From an uncultured Nitrososphaeraceae archaeon (GTDB taxonomy: Archaea > Thermoproteota > Nitrososphaeria > Nitrososphaerales > Nitrososphaeraceae): a stretch of DNA of 64,000 nt. Made by a program: the position numbers and the translations under genes. Of the stretch, positions 10,776 to 21,488 are shown piece by piece. Where the stretch lies: positions 96,001 through 160,000 of the forward strand of contig CAVXZB010000024.1 in the NCBI GenBank assembly GCA_963765895.1, read 5' to 3'. The notes under the pieces are model-generated. The model ran no database searches. It was not told the origin of the DNA and saw only the letters and a program-made list of their open reading frames with translations. How positions within the stretch are numbered: position 1 is the first letter of the stretch; every line of letters begins with the position of its first letter.

Positions 10776-11786
10776 ATGATATTCAAGATGAGGTTAGTCA
10801 GTACTGTATTATCGTGTTTGCTGTGGATGTATAGACGAAACGAAGATGATATCATTAGTATTTATAATCTGCTGACGCCGTTTGTACGGCTTGTCACCAA
10901 CTGTAATATGCTTAACTTTGGTTACTGGAACGCTGACACGGAAGACCTATTCTCAGCGCAGCGTAACTTAAGTTCCCTGGTTGGAGAACTTGCAGAGTTA
11001 CATTCTGGCTTGAGAATTATTGATGCTGGAAGCGGCTTTTCCTCTCCAGCTTTATATTGGGAGTCCAAATACTTTCCGGTTGATATTATTTGTGTTGATA
11101 CCAATTTTAATGAACTTAGAATTGGTCTTGAGCACAGAAACAGGACTAAGGATCGAGGAAATATTTGTAGTAGTGATGATCAACCTGCTTTGCACGACCA
11201 GAATATTGAATTGAGCTGGAAGTCTGCTTGTATGAGATTCATTAATGCTAGTTCTATGCTCTTACCATTTAGACCTAAAACCGTCGACAGGGTTATAGCC
11301 CTAGAGTCGGCACATCATTTTAGACATATCACACAATTTATCGAGGAATGCAGAAGAGTACTGAGAGACGATTCTGGCATGCTTGTCATTGCTCTTCCAG
11401 TCATAACTAAAAAAATATCGCGTCTACATATGATGCTTAAGCTTGGGATCCTTTATCTCTCATGGACATCTCAGCGTTACGACTCGTCGGAAATCAAGTC
11501 GTTAATAATGGATAATGGCTTCACTATTAGAGAAGTTCTCCAAGTCGGACCTAACATATACGGACCGCTTACGGATTACTATTTACTTAACAGGGGCGAG
11601 TTTAAGCAAAAAATCATACATAGAAATAAATCTTCTCCGTTACTTTTTATTTCGACATTCATCAACAGCCTTGTCTATGACTTTGTTGAAAAAATGATTT
11701 GCCGTTCTGCATCTAAAATGAAAGAGCTTTCAAAAAAGGGATTTTTAGACTATATTATCATAAAAGCTGAACTGACTAAATCTTAG
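10776..11786 (+). CDS. Class I SAM-dependent methyltransferase (sterol/tocopherol/natural-product methyltransferase-like)
   Basis: LNFGYW, IIDAGSGFS motif I, LPF...DRVIALESAHHF...ECRRVL. Confidence 0.9.
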   Translation: MIFKMRLVSTVLSCLLWMYRRNEDDIISIYNLLTPFVRLVTNCNMLNFGYWNADTEDLFSAQRNLSSLVGELAELHSGLRIIDAGSGFSSPALYWESKYFPVDIICVDTNFNELRIGLEHRNRTKDRGNICSSDDQPALHDQNIELSWKSACMRFINASSMLLPFRPKTVDRVIALESAHHFRHITQFIEECRRVLRDDSGMLVIALPVITKKISRLHMMLKLGILYLSWTSQRYDSSEIKSLIMDNGFTIREVLQVGPNIYGPLTDYYLLNRGEFKQKIIHRNKSSPLLFISTFINSLVYDFVEKMICRSASKMKELSKKGFLDYIIIKAELTKS

Positions 11787-12944
11787 TATTCATGACCCTA
11801 GACTTGAGGATATTAGTGATCCATCGATGTCTATATGTCAAGTACATCTTGCTTGAGTTAAATAGTTTGGGCAATGAAACTTCAATTGGTAACATATTTA
11901 GTTTGATATGGGTCTCTATCTCGCATGTTCACTACATTGTAGTATTCAGAATATATTAGGCAAAATGGTCAGACCGATTTGAACTGTATATCTTAGGTAG
12001 GCTGATTGTGTACTTAGGAAATTCTCGTCATTAAACTTGGTACGTGGTTTGATTACCCTCCTTTTAGATCCCTTTAACTAATTTGACCAGTCTATGTACT
12101 GAAATAACGTAGGATATAGAATATTTCGGTGTGTTAAGATCTAGAGCTAGTCGTTGTACTTATCTATGGGGCGACAATACAGTCTACCTACATGAGTTAC
12201 ACTCTATCAGGTAGTATTTCCAATTAGGAATCGGGAATAAGTTTGAGCCGTCAGATAAAAAGAAGGGACTGGTGATACCCTAAGTAACATTTGTAAGAGA
12301 TACGTTAAATCCAGAAAAGCATGCTGTAAGTAAAAATTGCAAGATCGAGGGGGGTTTGAATAGAAGGATTATTAGATTTCTCAGCTGTTATAATATCATA
12401 TGAGTGAATTAACATCAGAATTGAGGTAACAAAATTGATATACTGATAAACAGGAGATTTGGATGTAATAGGTTAGATATCCTTGGCGCCTTCTATCTGA
12501 ATAATTCTAGTAAAAGGATTAATTCGTAAGTTGATTGCACGATTGCTCTAGAAAAGTAGCCAGCAAAATGATCTGAAAGAGATAAGCAGATGTTCTGAAT
12601 GTATTAGGGGGTCGAATAATGATTGATGACAAACATAATTAGGGGATGCATGAGAATCGAAGGCGATTTTGTATCCAAAATCCACAGACATTTTCTTGTA
12701 CACAATTAGATAGCTGATAAACAAATTCCAAAATGTTATCCACTGTAACAAAGAAAAATCAGAAAATAACAATGTGATATAGGACGAGTTCAAGGAGATA
12801 TTAAATGGAATCAATGGCTTCATCGGCAGTGAATTGGATTAGGGCTCTTAAAAATAAATACAAAAAATCAACATACATCATCAGTTTCTAGAAATTAATC
12901 ATTCATAATTACATTATTTTAGCAAATAAAAAATAAGGACAGTT

Positions 12945-13746
12945 TTATTTCTTATTGCCTCCGCCGAATATGTTCTTCAGTGCTTGGCCTACTTTGGCAA
13001 ATAAATTATTTGAGCTAGTATTGCCTGAATTTGCACCAGCACTATTATTAGATTTTGCTGCCTGATGATGCGGTCTTATTCATTTGTGCTAAACCACCCT
13101 TTGTATTATTACCAGCGCTAGATGTCTTGCTTGCATTTGAAGACGTAGGGGTTTGCGATTTGGAGGTCATATTGGCGCTGGTTCCCTTATTTACACTAGA
13201 GGCTGGGGCTGTCGCATTAGGTTTGCTTGATTGTTGTGCTGTCGCATTAGGTTTGCTTGATTGTTGTGCTGTCGCATTAGGTTTGCTTGATTGTTGTGCT
13301 GTCGCATTAGGTTTGCTTGATTGTTGTGCTGTCGCATTAGGTTTGCTTGATTGTTGTGCTGTCGCATTAGGTTTGCTTGATTGTTGTGCTGTCGCATTAG
13401 GTTTGCTTGATTTCTGAGCTGTCATATTGGCTTTACTGGGACCCGCTGTAGTATTCTGTTCTTTAGATAATCCCTGAGATAGGCTAGGTTTTTTACCTAC
13501 TGATGCGCCACCCTGTAAGAATGCAGTATTATTTCCCATCTGCTCCAATTGATTCGCAGTTGCCGCGGGCTTGGCGGGCTTCGACGGACTCGACTGATTC
13601 GATCCATTGGGGCTCGTTTTGGTATTATTAGATGAACTTGTACTGTTACTCTGTGCCATAACTCTGGGCTGGGCAGAACTTGCGGATGCAAGAACGAGTC
13701 CCAAAGACAGCGCTAGTACAACTGCCACTAGTAGCTTATTTTCCAT
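12945..13746 (-). CDS. Secreted low-complexity Ser/Asn/Thr-rich repeat protein; one frameshift near 13061
   Basis: Signal peptide and many N-x-S/T sequons; ORF track stops at 13048, but a one-base shift continues ...SSNNLFAKVGQALKNIFGGGNKK* to 12945. Confidence 0.8.
13208..13412. repeat. 30-bp perfect tandem repeat, ~6.7 copies (encodes SKPNATAQQS)
   Basis: Unit gtcgcattaggtttgcttgattgttgtgct. Confidence 0.97.
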
Positions 13747-14073
13747 AGCAAATCACATGCAAAATACTTTTTAATACTTTGCTATTGTTAACTCTCGTAC
13801 GCCATTTACATGATCGCCAATCAAGAAAGGCATTATGACTTTTCCTGACTTTACTACCCAAGTAAGTAGACATTTGTTTCGAGCTGAAAATGTTCATAGT
13901 GGAAGGTCAATGAACAAACTTAGATATATTCCTCGTAGAGGTTGGACTTCCAAGTGTCAAACAGTAGAAAACCTGAGCAAAAATACAGGAAATCTGAATA
14001 GACAAAGTGATGGATTTCCAGGTGAGTTATTGAAGGAGAAAGGCTCCTTCAGGTTAGAGCTATGATATTTGTT

Positions 14074-14517
14074 TCATTTGACTATAAGAACAGGACAATG
14101 CGCATAGTTCACAACTCCTGATGCAACGCTCCCCAACAACAGTTTTTTAAATCCAGACCTACCTCGCGTGCCTATAACAATTAAGTCAACTTTTTCCTTT
14201 TCGGCAAATCCTACTATCCCACCAACCGCGGACGGAGATCCGATTAACTCTGATCTTATACCAACTTTTCTGTCATTTATGGATATTTCTTTTAGTTTGT
14301 CTAGAACTTCTTGCCCTTGTTGTTTTAGCATGTTTACATGAGGTGGAGTCTCAGGACCGAATATAGTTATGTCTGAAAGAATTACGTACAGTGCAATTAG
14401 CTCTGAATCGTACACAGTAGCTATTCGTATAGCATATTTAGCCGCTTCTATCGATGCCTCCGAACCGTCTACACCTACGAGGATCTTAGAAAATACACCT
14501 TCTTTATTTTCATGCAT
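14074..14517 (-). CDS. Universal stress protein (UspA family)
   Basis: KILVGVDGS...DLIVIGTRGRSGFKKLLLGSVASGVV...CPVLIV. Confidence 0.95.
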   Translation of the reverse strand: MHENKEGVFSKILVGVDGSEASIEAAKYAIRIATVYDSELIALYVILSDITIFGPETPPHVNMLKQQGQEVLDKLKEISINDRKVGIRSELIGSPSAVGGIVGFAEKEKVDLIVIGTRGRSGFKKLLLGSVASGVVNYAHCPVLIVK

Positions 14518-14664
14518 AGCAGATTATATAATCCCTAGGTTAAAAGGATCTGCCACCATAGCAACGTACTTGATATCGGATGAGCCGATGATTGGTAATT
14601 CCAGTTGGTTAAGTGAATTATGCAGTTTAATTCATGGGTTACCGTCTGTTGTACTCAATCTACC

Positions 14665-15643
14665 TAAGAACCCATTCCAAAAATAGATAGACATATAGCT
14701 TGTAAGGGTTTTGTTCATTGATGTGGCTTGTGATAGACTCAGTATCTTCCAACTGTCAAAAAAAATCTCTGATGTGTTATGGAATGAGGCCAGGTTGTTG
14801 ATACGTCCACGAGAAAATCAAATAATACCATCTGACTTCCAGCAGCAGTATCATCTAGGAAGGTATTCGATGGTATTGTATATGTTTTTGGAATGTCTTG
14901 AATCAATTTCAGTTGAAGATAGATGTTGTCAAAGGAGTATGGTTCAGGTTCGACATATCATAGACTATTCCTGTAATGGTCAATATAAGATATTTGAGAG
15001 ATTATGGACTAGACATGCTAAAAAAAGTGTATGATGCTAAGGTAGAAATTCAATGGAAATGGCAAATCACTTGATAGTAGTAGTATATCGGTAAAGGCAT
15101 CTCCAGGCAGAAATGACTGATTGGACCTAATCCTATAGACAGATGTAAGTTACTTAGGAACAAAACGTCATCATGTATTAATAACCGATGGACAAGGTAT
15201 TCCATTATCTGTTTCTGTTGTTATTATTATTATTATAACTGCGGCTAATACCCATGATGATATGAAAGGCAGCTATAGTCACGCTGGATAATAATACCGT
15301 AGTTAAAAGATCGTCCAGGACATATAAAGAAATACAGAATCTTGATCTATCTTGATAAAGGATGTGACTTTCAAGCCATCGAAGTGTACGAACCAACAAA
15401 GGATATCTATCACATATTTGACATAGAGGAGAACAATCAGTTATAAAGATTAATGGTGGTAATAATCATTGTCATCATGTTAAAAGAAGATGGGCTGTAG
15501 AAACAACTAACTCTTGGCATAACAGGCTCAGAAAACTTTTGGTTAGATACGAGAAGAAGTTAGAAAACTATTTTGCATTAGTAGGAGTATGTTTAGGCTG
15601 TTGTATATTTATCTATAGGAGGATATTTTTGGGATAGTCTTTA
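14665..15643 (+). mobile_element. Decayed IS5-family insertion sequence (transposase pseudogene)
   Basis: Fragments across frames: ISDVLWNE, KVFDGIVYV, KEYGSGST, IQWKWQ, GPNPIDR, GTKRHHVLITDGQGIPLSV, ITAANTHD, LDKG, RWAVETTNSWHNRLRKLLVRYEKKLENY; imperfect TIRs TAAGAACCCATTCCAAAAATA (14665) and TATTTTTGGGATAGTCTTTA (to 15643). Confidence 0.88.
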
Positions 15644-16590
15644 AGTAGAATCAACTCTGTGTAAGCACCAGATATTTGGCGGCACTTTCATATAAAACGG
15701 ATCTAGAGCCATGTTTTCACTTTGATAAGGTCAACCAGCACCGATATCCCATAGACTAAGTCATGGAATCTATTTGACGAGTGGTAATTACTTTCAGGTC
15801 GTCGAATGAAGATAACGTTGAGAATGGGTTGAATGGGTGTAAGGATGCGCAGCATACTATTGGACGCCAGAATATATAAAAAGCACTTCAAATATAGTTA
15901 CATATAGACGAGAATCTCCTGTATGACTTATCAATGAGCTAGATTGTTTAGTCGAAGGTAAAATATAGACAACACCTTTTATATTTGCGATTATGGGCCA
16001 CTCGGCTCATTTTTCATCATAAATGGTATCACTGGTTGTTAGGCGGATACTAAGATATAGTAAACCATTCAATATCAGTTTTACCTCTTTGCTATTGCAA
16101 GGCATTACTTGAAGATATCAAGTCAAAGAAATCATAAAACTAAAGACTGGTTCAAGAGTAATCTCGGTACTTACCCCCTAATAGTATAGAGAGAACTCAT
16201 TCATGAATTGAAGCAAATCATATGGGCGTGTAATGAGGTTTATGTCGCGAGTTATTGACTCTTATCCGATATGTATGACTTTCCAATCAAGGACAAGATA
16301 AATGCTAATTTGGATAGCGTGTCGTATTTGATGATGATTACAAGTAAATTGCATTAACACATAATCTTAATTCTGAGATACTAATGACGTAATTAGGTCT
16401 GTAATCCAGTTATGTCATATTTTTTAAATCTACCAATGAGCTGAAAATATGCGATAAGTGTTGAGATATTAGCTAAAAAATTAGGAATACTGACTAAACT
16501 ACGGTATGGATTAGAAAGGCTTCAAAACTAAGTACTGCTCATTATTTATTCTTGTGACATGTTAATTCCAAATTTATCTAAGGAGATCAT

Positions 16591-16785
16591 TTAGTCCTTG
16601 TAAAGATTTTCTTCCTTTAGAATTCTAATTACTTCTGGGATTTCTAGATCAAGTTGCATGGCAATAAATTCCTCAGCGATGCCAGATTCGTATAGATTCA
16701 TCACAATTCTCATCTTGTCCTTCGAAACGCCCTTCTTATTTGACGTCAGTGGCGGGTCTTGTGATGATATCTCTTTATTACTCAT
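16591..16785 (-). CDS. Small hypothetical protein, HTH-like
   Basis: 64 aa, LYESGIAEEFIAMQLDLEIPEVIRIL; TTTATAA box ~25 nt upstream. Confidence 0.7.
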   Translation of the reverse strand: MSNKEISSQDPPLTSNKKGVSKDKMRIVMNLYESGIAEEFIAMQLDLEIPEVIRILKEENLYKD

Positions 16786-17051
16786 CTATCGGCAGTATTA
16801 TGTAATGATCTTATAAATGTTGATTTCTTTTCAACCGCTACATAAATATGTAGATTCTCTAAGTTATTTCAAGAAATATTATAAATATAAGTAACCTATT
16901 TTGCTATATCGAGCAGATATAATACTGTAGTAGGATATTCTGCACATGAGTCGCACGCAGCAAAATGTTGTCCTGAATAACTAGTATAGTTAGGTAATCG
17001 TGGGGTGATTACGAAAAAAACTCAATACAATATTACTTATGAATATTGAGC

Positions 17052-17762
17052 TCATTTTGATGTAGATGCTACGGACATAATATAAGGATTTTTCCACTCA
17101 ATAAAACTGGCATAGTTTAAGGATCTAACATCAGTTAAGTAGTTTGGCAAAATTTTTATAAATTTAAAGCCATTATCCAATTCAAATGACAATACCGGGT
17201 CATGTATTCTACCGGCTACCACTTCCTGAGCATATTCCAAAGGAGACAGTATTCCAGCATGCTCACAATAATTATAGAGTCTTCCTCCGGCGATCATTCT
17301 CTTCAATGCGTATTTGATGGCCAGTTCCTTTCTAGCTCCATATAACATAGTTCCAATTCCCTCATGTCTATATTTTGGATGACTGGATATATCCGCTCCA
17401 TAAAGGCTGTCTCCATTAGGATTATGATTTGTAAACAGACCATCAGCAGTAACCTTGCACCAAGTGTGTTCAGCATATTCTGGCGTAGGAGAAATAATAA
17501 GAGTACTGGCAGATCCAACAACCGTTCCGTCATGCTCAACGGCAACAAATTGCCCTTGTGGAAAGATATGAATGTGGCTTTCCAATTCTTCACGATGCCA
17601 TATATTACCATATTTGGCTAAGTAGGGGAAAGATATCTCCTGAAGTAGGATTATTTTAGAAATGTCGTCCGGTCTCGTATTTCTTATCGTGAGATGTGTA
17701 TTGGTTTTTAGTTCATCGTGATTACCAGATAGGTGATTTTCATTCAAGGCTAATTCTATCAC
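17052..17762 (-). CDS. GNAT family N-acetyltransferase (YkwB-like)
   Basis: FPQGQFVA, SLYGADISSHPKYRHEGIGTMLY, IHDPVLSF, NYASFIEWKNP. Confidence 0.9.
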   Translation of the reverse strand: MIELALNENHLSGNHDELKTNTHLTIRNTRPDDISKIILLQEISFPYLAKYGNIWHREELESHIHIFPQGQFVAVEHDGTVVGSASTLIISPTPEYAEHTWCKVTADGLFTNHNPNGDSLYGADISSHPKYRHEGIGTMLYGARKELAIKYALKRMIAGGRLYNYCEHAGILSPLEYAQEVVAGRIHDPVLSFELDNGFKFIKILPNYLTDVRSLNYASFIEWKNPYIMSVASTSK

Positions 17763-19305
17763 CCTTTATGGTTCCTGAGATAGCATCTAAAAAGAGGAAT
17801 GTTTTATAGGTTATTGTCATCGTATATCTCTGGTAACGAGAATCGATACCTTTTATAAGCTTACTTTGAAAATACATTTACCTGGGGAAAGTCGCACTCT
17901 TAAATTGCTTTGCTCAGAATCTAATTCTAGCCAAGACATCACCACTAACTAATTTTGCATATTTTCCACGAACTTGACATTTAATCATCTCACGTGGGTA
18001 GTATATTAGAGCTATAAATCCAAGTTCATCATATATAAGAGGCACTGAATAAGTACTAGAATATTACAAAGATGGTAAATAGCACTTTTATTCTATCATT
18101 TGCTGCTTATCATCGGTTGTGTTGATTTCAATGGTCAAGAACAAAAATATCTAGGTACCTTGTCGTTAGGTCAACAGATGTCTCCCTGCAAAACTAATAA
18201 GCAAAACCGACTCAGGGATCGAAATATAAACTCATACATAACAACATCATAGAAAACAAGTGAAATTTAGCTGCAATTTAAGACTGCATACTTCATTATA
18301 TGCTAGAGAAACAGAGGGAGATTGAGAAACCGGAATTGATTTGATCCGCTGTTCAAATTTCTAGGGAAACATATTCGTGCCCTACGAGTATTGACATTAG
18401 ATAACTATACAGGCCTACTTGTCCTAACTGCGCATATCGACGTAGTACTTGTTAAATACGAATGCTTAAGTCAGGAGAACTGCATGAGTGGTATTCTGCG
18501 ACAGTACTAAGCGTACTACAGTGTTGATTGTACTTATCGAAGCAATGTTTGCTATTCAAAGATTTCACTTATTTAGTCGACATTGAACCCAAGTATTGTC
18601 ACCATCCATTGCTGACTAATAATAAAACTAGATTCAGAAATTTGGTACGCTTTTAGGCAATAATCTTGGTGTCGCGAAATCCATATAACATTCGAAATAC
18701 CTCCTGATACTAGAGAATTTGGGATGAAAATAGTAACTGGTATTTGTAAACTTTGTTGTAAGTGGCAATTTAATCAAAAATTAAATAGAAATGAGAATGC
18801 GGCACACAATTTCGTAACTTGCAAGAAATGCAGGGGTTGAAGGCTATATCCTCAGCTGATACGCTTGTTAGTAATAAAGTTGAATAGTTCATGCACCTAC
18901 TCGACTAGCAACAACTAGGATTGCAGAAATCATGTTTATGATTGGCCTCATACAGCTTACTAAAAACTGATGACTAAGGAAGCTCTGATTCTGAACTCAT
19001 TGCAGATTCAGAACTACGTTATCAACTTTGTTTTGATTGACATGAGAATCTTGCTGGTGATATGGGAAGCAAAATGCTCGTTTAGACAACCTGGTTTATG
19101 TAGACATCAATATGTTTCAACTCCTATCGAGAAAAAGGTTAGAATAGAATCGGCGTGCTAGTTGAACAGTCAGGCCGCTAAGCATAATTTATCCCCTACG
19201 TAACATAACAATTAGTTTTTCAACAAAACTTTGTACTGAGAATAGTCAGAATTTATGTTTAGCTCGGTTTACACAAGGCTGGAAAAAGGTTTAGTTTGAT
19301 ATGTT

Positions 19306-20376
19306 TTATTGGATGATACGAAAAAAGTTTCTTCTATTTTTCATGGGTCTTCCTACAATTGGAAGAGAATTTCCACATACACTGCAACAGTTGTTATCAT
19401 CAAGATTCCATGAAATTATATTGAATCCATAGCGCTCTATTGCTATATTATTACATTCTGGACAATACGTATGTTCTAGTGGGTGGCCAGGTACATTGCC
19501 CAGGTATACAAATTTCAGGCCTTCTGCCTTTGCAATCGCGTAATGTTTCTCCAAGGTTTTGATAGGTGTCATGCCAAATTCCATCATTTTGTAGTCTGGG
19601 TGAAATCTCAAAAAGTGAATTGGGATATCTGGGCCTAAATGATCATATACGAATCTACTTAGATCCCTAGCAGCACCCAAATCATCTCCAACTTCAGGAA
19701 CTATGAGATCAGTAATTTCGGTATGAACAGATGTCTTACTTTTTAATTCGGTTAACGTCTGAAATATTGGTTCTGCAGAAGGAATGCCCACGTATCGTCT
19801 TACAAAATCTTGTTTGCCACTTCCCTTAAAGTCAACTGTCATACAATCCAAAAATTTACTCATCATTGCAACTGACTCTGGCGTATCATAACCATTTGAA
19901 ACAAAAATGTTAAAGAGACCCCTCCTGTGAGCTTCAAGGCCACAGTCTCTAGCAAATTCTATGAAAATGGAAGGTTCGTTATACGTATAGGCTATTCCAT
20001 TAGCACCTAAACGTTGAGCGCTATAAATTACTTCGGGGGGTGTCATTTCATTGCCTTCCACTTTTCGTCGTTGCGAAATATCATAATTCTGGCAATATTT
20101 ACATAGCCAATTACAGCCAGTAGTGGCAATCGAATAGATTGCCGTTCCTGGCATATAATGAGTTACAGGTTTTTTCTCAATCGGGTCTACGTTCCCTGCA
20201 ATGACCTTGCCATATACATATAAATATAACTTGTCGTCTGTGACGCCTCTAACACCACATAAACCTATTTTGCCGTTGGGAATTTCACAAAGTCTAGCAC
20301 AGGCAGTACATTTTATTCTACCATTTGGAAGTCTAACGTATAACTCGGCTTGCTTGCCAGTCGGTTCAGAGTGCAC
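19306..20376 (-). CDS. amrS: AmmeMemoRadiSam system radical SAM enzyme
   Basis: CTACARLC, VDPIEKKP, GCNWLCKYCQNYDIS, AYTYNEP, HFLRFHPDYK, YLGNVPG..TYCPEC. Confidence 0.92.
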   Translation of the reverse strand: MHSEPTGKQAELYVRLPNGRIKCTACARLCEIPNGKIGLCGVRGVTDDKLYLYVYGKVIAGNVDPIEKKPVTHYMPGTAIYSIATTGCNWLCKYCQNYDISQRRKVEGNEMTPPEVIYSAQRLGANGIAYTYNEPSIFIEFARDCGLEAHRRGLFNIFVSNGYDTPESVAMMSKFLDCMTVDFKGSGKQDFVRRYVGIPSAEPIFQTLTELKSKTSVHTEITDLIVPEVGDDLGAARDLSRFVYDHLGPDIPIHFLRFHPDYKMMEFGMTPIKTLEKHYAIAKAEGLKFVYLGNVPGHPLEHTYCPECNNIAIERYGFNIISWNLDDNNCCSVCGNSLPIVGRPMKNRRNFFRIIQ

Positions 20377-21488
20377 TATGGATCATAATGCAGTAATGTA
20401 ATATAAGACTATAATGACGTCAAGGAATATGTTAGTTCTTCTAATATTTTTGATTTCAATATGAGGACCAGCAACATTAGCTTTTAACTGCTCCAAGATT
20501 TTAAAAACACGGCTTGTCTAGTCCTCGAAAATAAGGACATGTCCTGGATTTGTTTCTAAATTAGACGCAGTTTGTTATTATTTTGATATAACAATTGCAC
20601 TAATTGAAAGGATAAACAAATCATTCAGTAGCACAGCTGCCATGTATTCTCAAGAGAATAAAGGCTTGAACATCTAATGCACTATGGAGAACACATAACC
20701 AGCCATCATAATATTGTACTTTTTGTTTGTCCTTTGATCGCCAGGTTGATTAATTCATCTTGCACAGTCTTTTATTAATAAATTTATAGAGAGTGATGAT
20801 GCTAGTCGTCATGTCCCTTCATCAGCTTACTAGGAAGTTGAATAATTCACTTAATACATTCGGAATGCCTGTACATCAGAGCAGATATGAATTGCCAGGA
20901 ATGAGGAGATAGCATTTACCGACGTTGTAAAGATACATTGCCTGGAATTGTTTCATAAAAAATATACATTTGATGATTTGTCCAAGCCCGTGTGAATAGT
21001 GATGGGCTTGCAAGGTGATAATTATTCTGTACGGCTTGGGATTGTAATTGGATATTATAAAGATAATAACAACGGTACGAATAATATATTGGTCAGATGA
21101 AATTGCTAAAAGGCCCCAAATTAGTCAATTCTCTCTACAATCCACAGCAGTGTGTCAGAATTCTAGGGATTACCAATGTTATATTATCAAGGTATTCCAT
21201 GATAGTAAGTACGCAGCTTTTATTGTCAACTGCTGCGAAGGCTCTTTTTTGCTCTATAAGAAACAATCTCATCTCTGTATCTGCGATGATTTCATCTGTT
21301 GTTTTCGAAAAAGACTACGCTTGTAATCCTATCTCTGAGATAACGTTAAGACTATTTGAAGGCTTTCAAAGTGGCACGGAGGTCACACGAAGGCATGCCC
21401 GAAAAAGGTAGACACTAATTTTAGTCAGGTAGACGCAGATGACAGCAACACTACTGCTGATGAAGATAGATCTATTATAGCCAACCCT

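Noticed and set aside
13208-13412. 30-bp repeat as a CRISPR or iteron set
   Set aside because: Head-to-tail coding repeat inside a signal-peptide protein; the overlapping Cys-rich and MRQHNNQANL ORFs are shadow frames
14711-15034. 107-aa ORF as an independent gene
   Set aside because: Mixed-frame piece of the decayed IS5 transposase
16331-16376. Possible C/D box sRNA (ATGATGA...CTGA)
   Set aside because: No internal D'/C' boxes or terminal stem; very AT-rich guide; expected by chance
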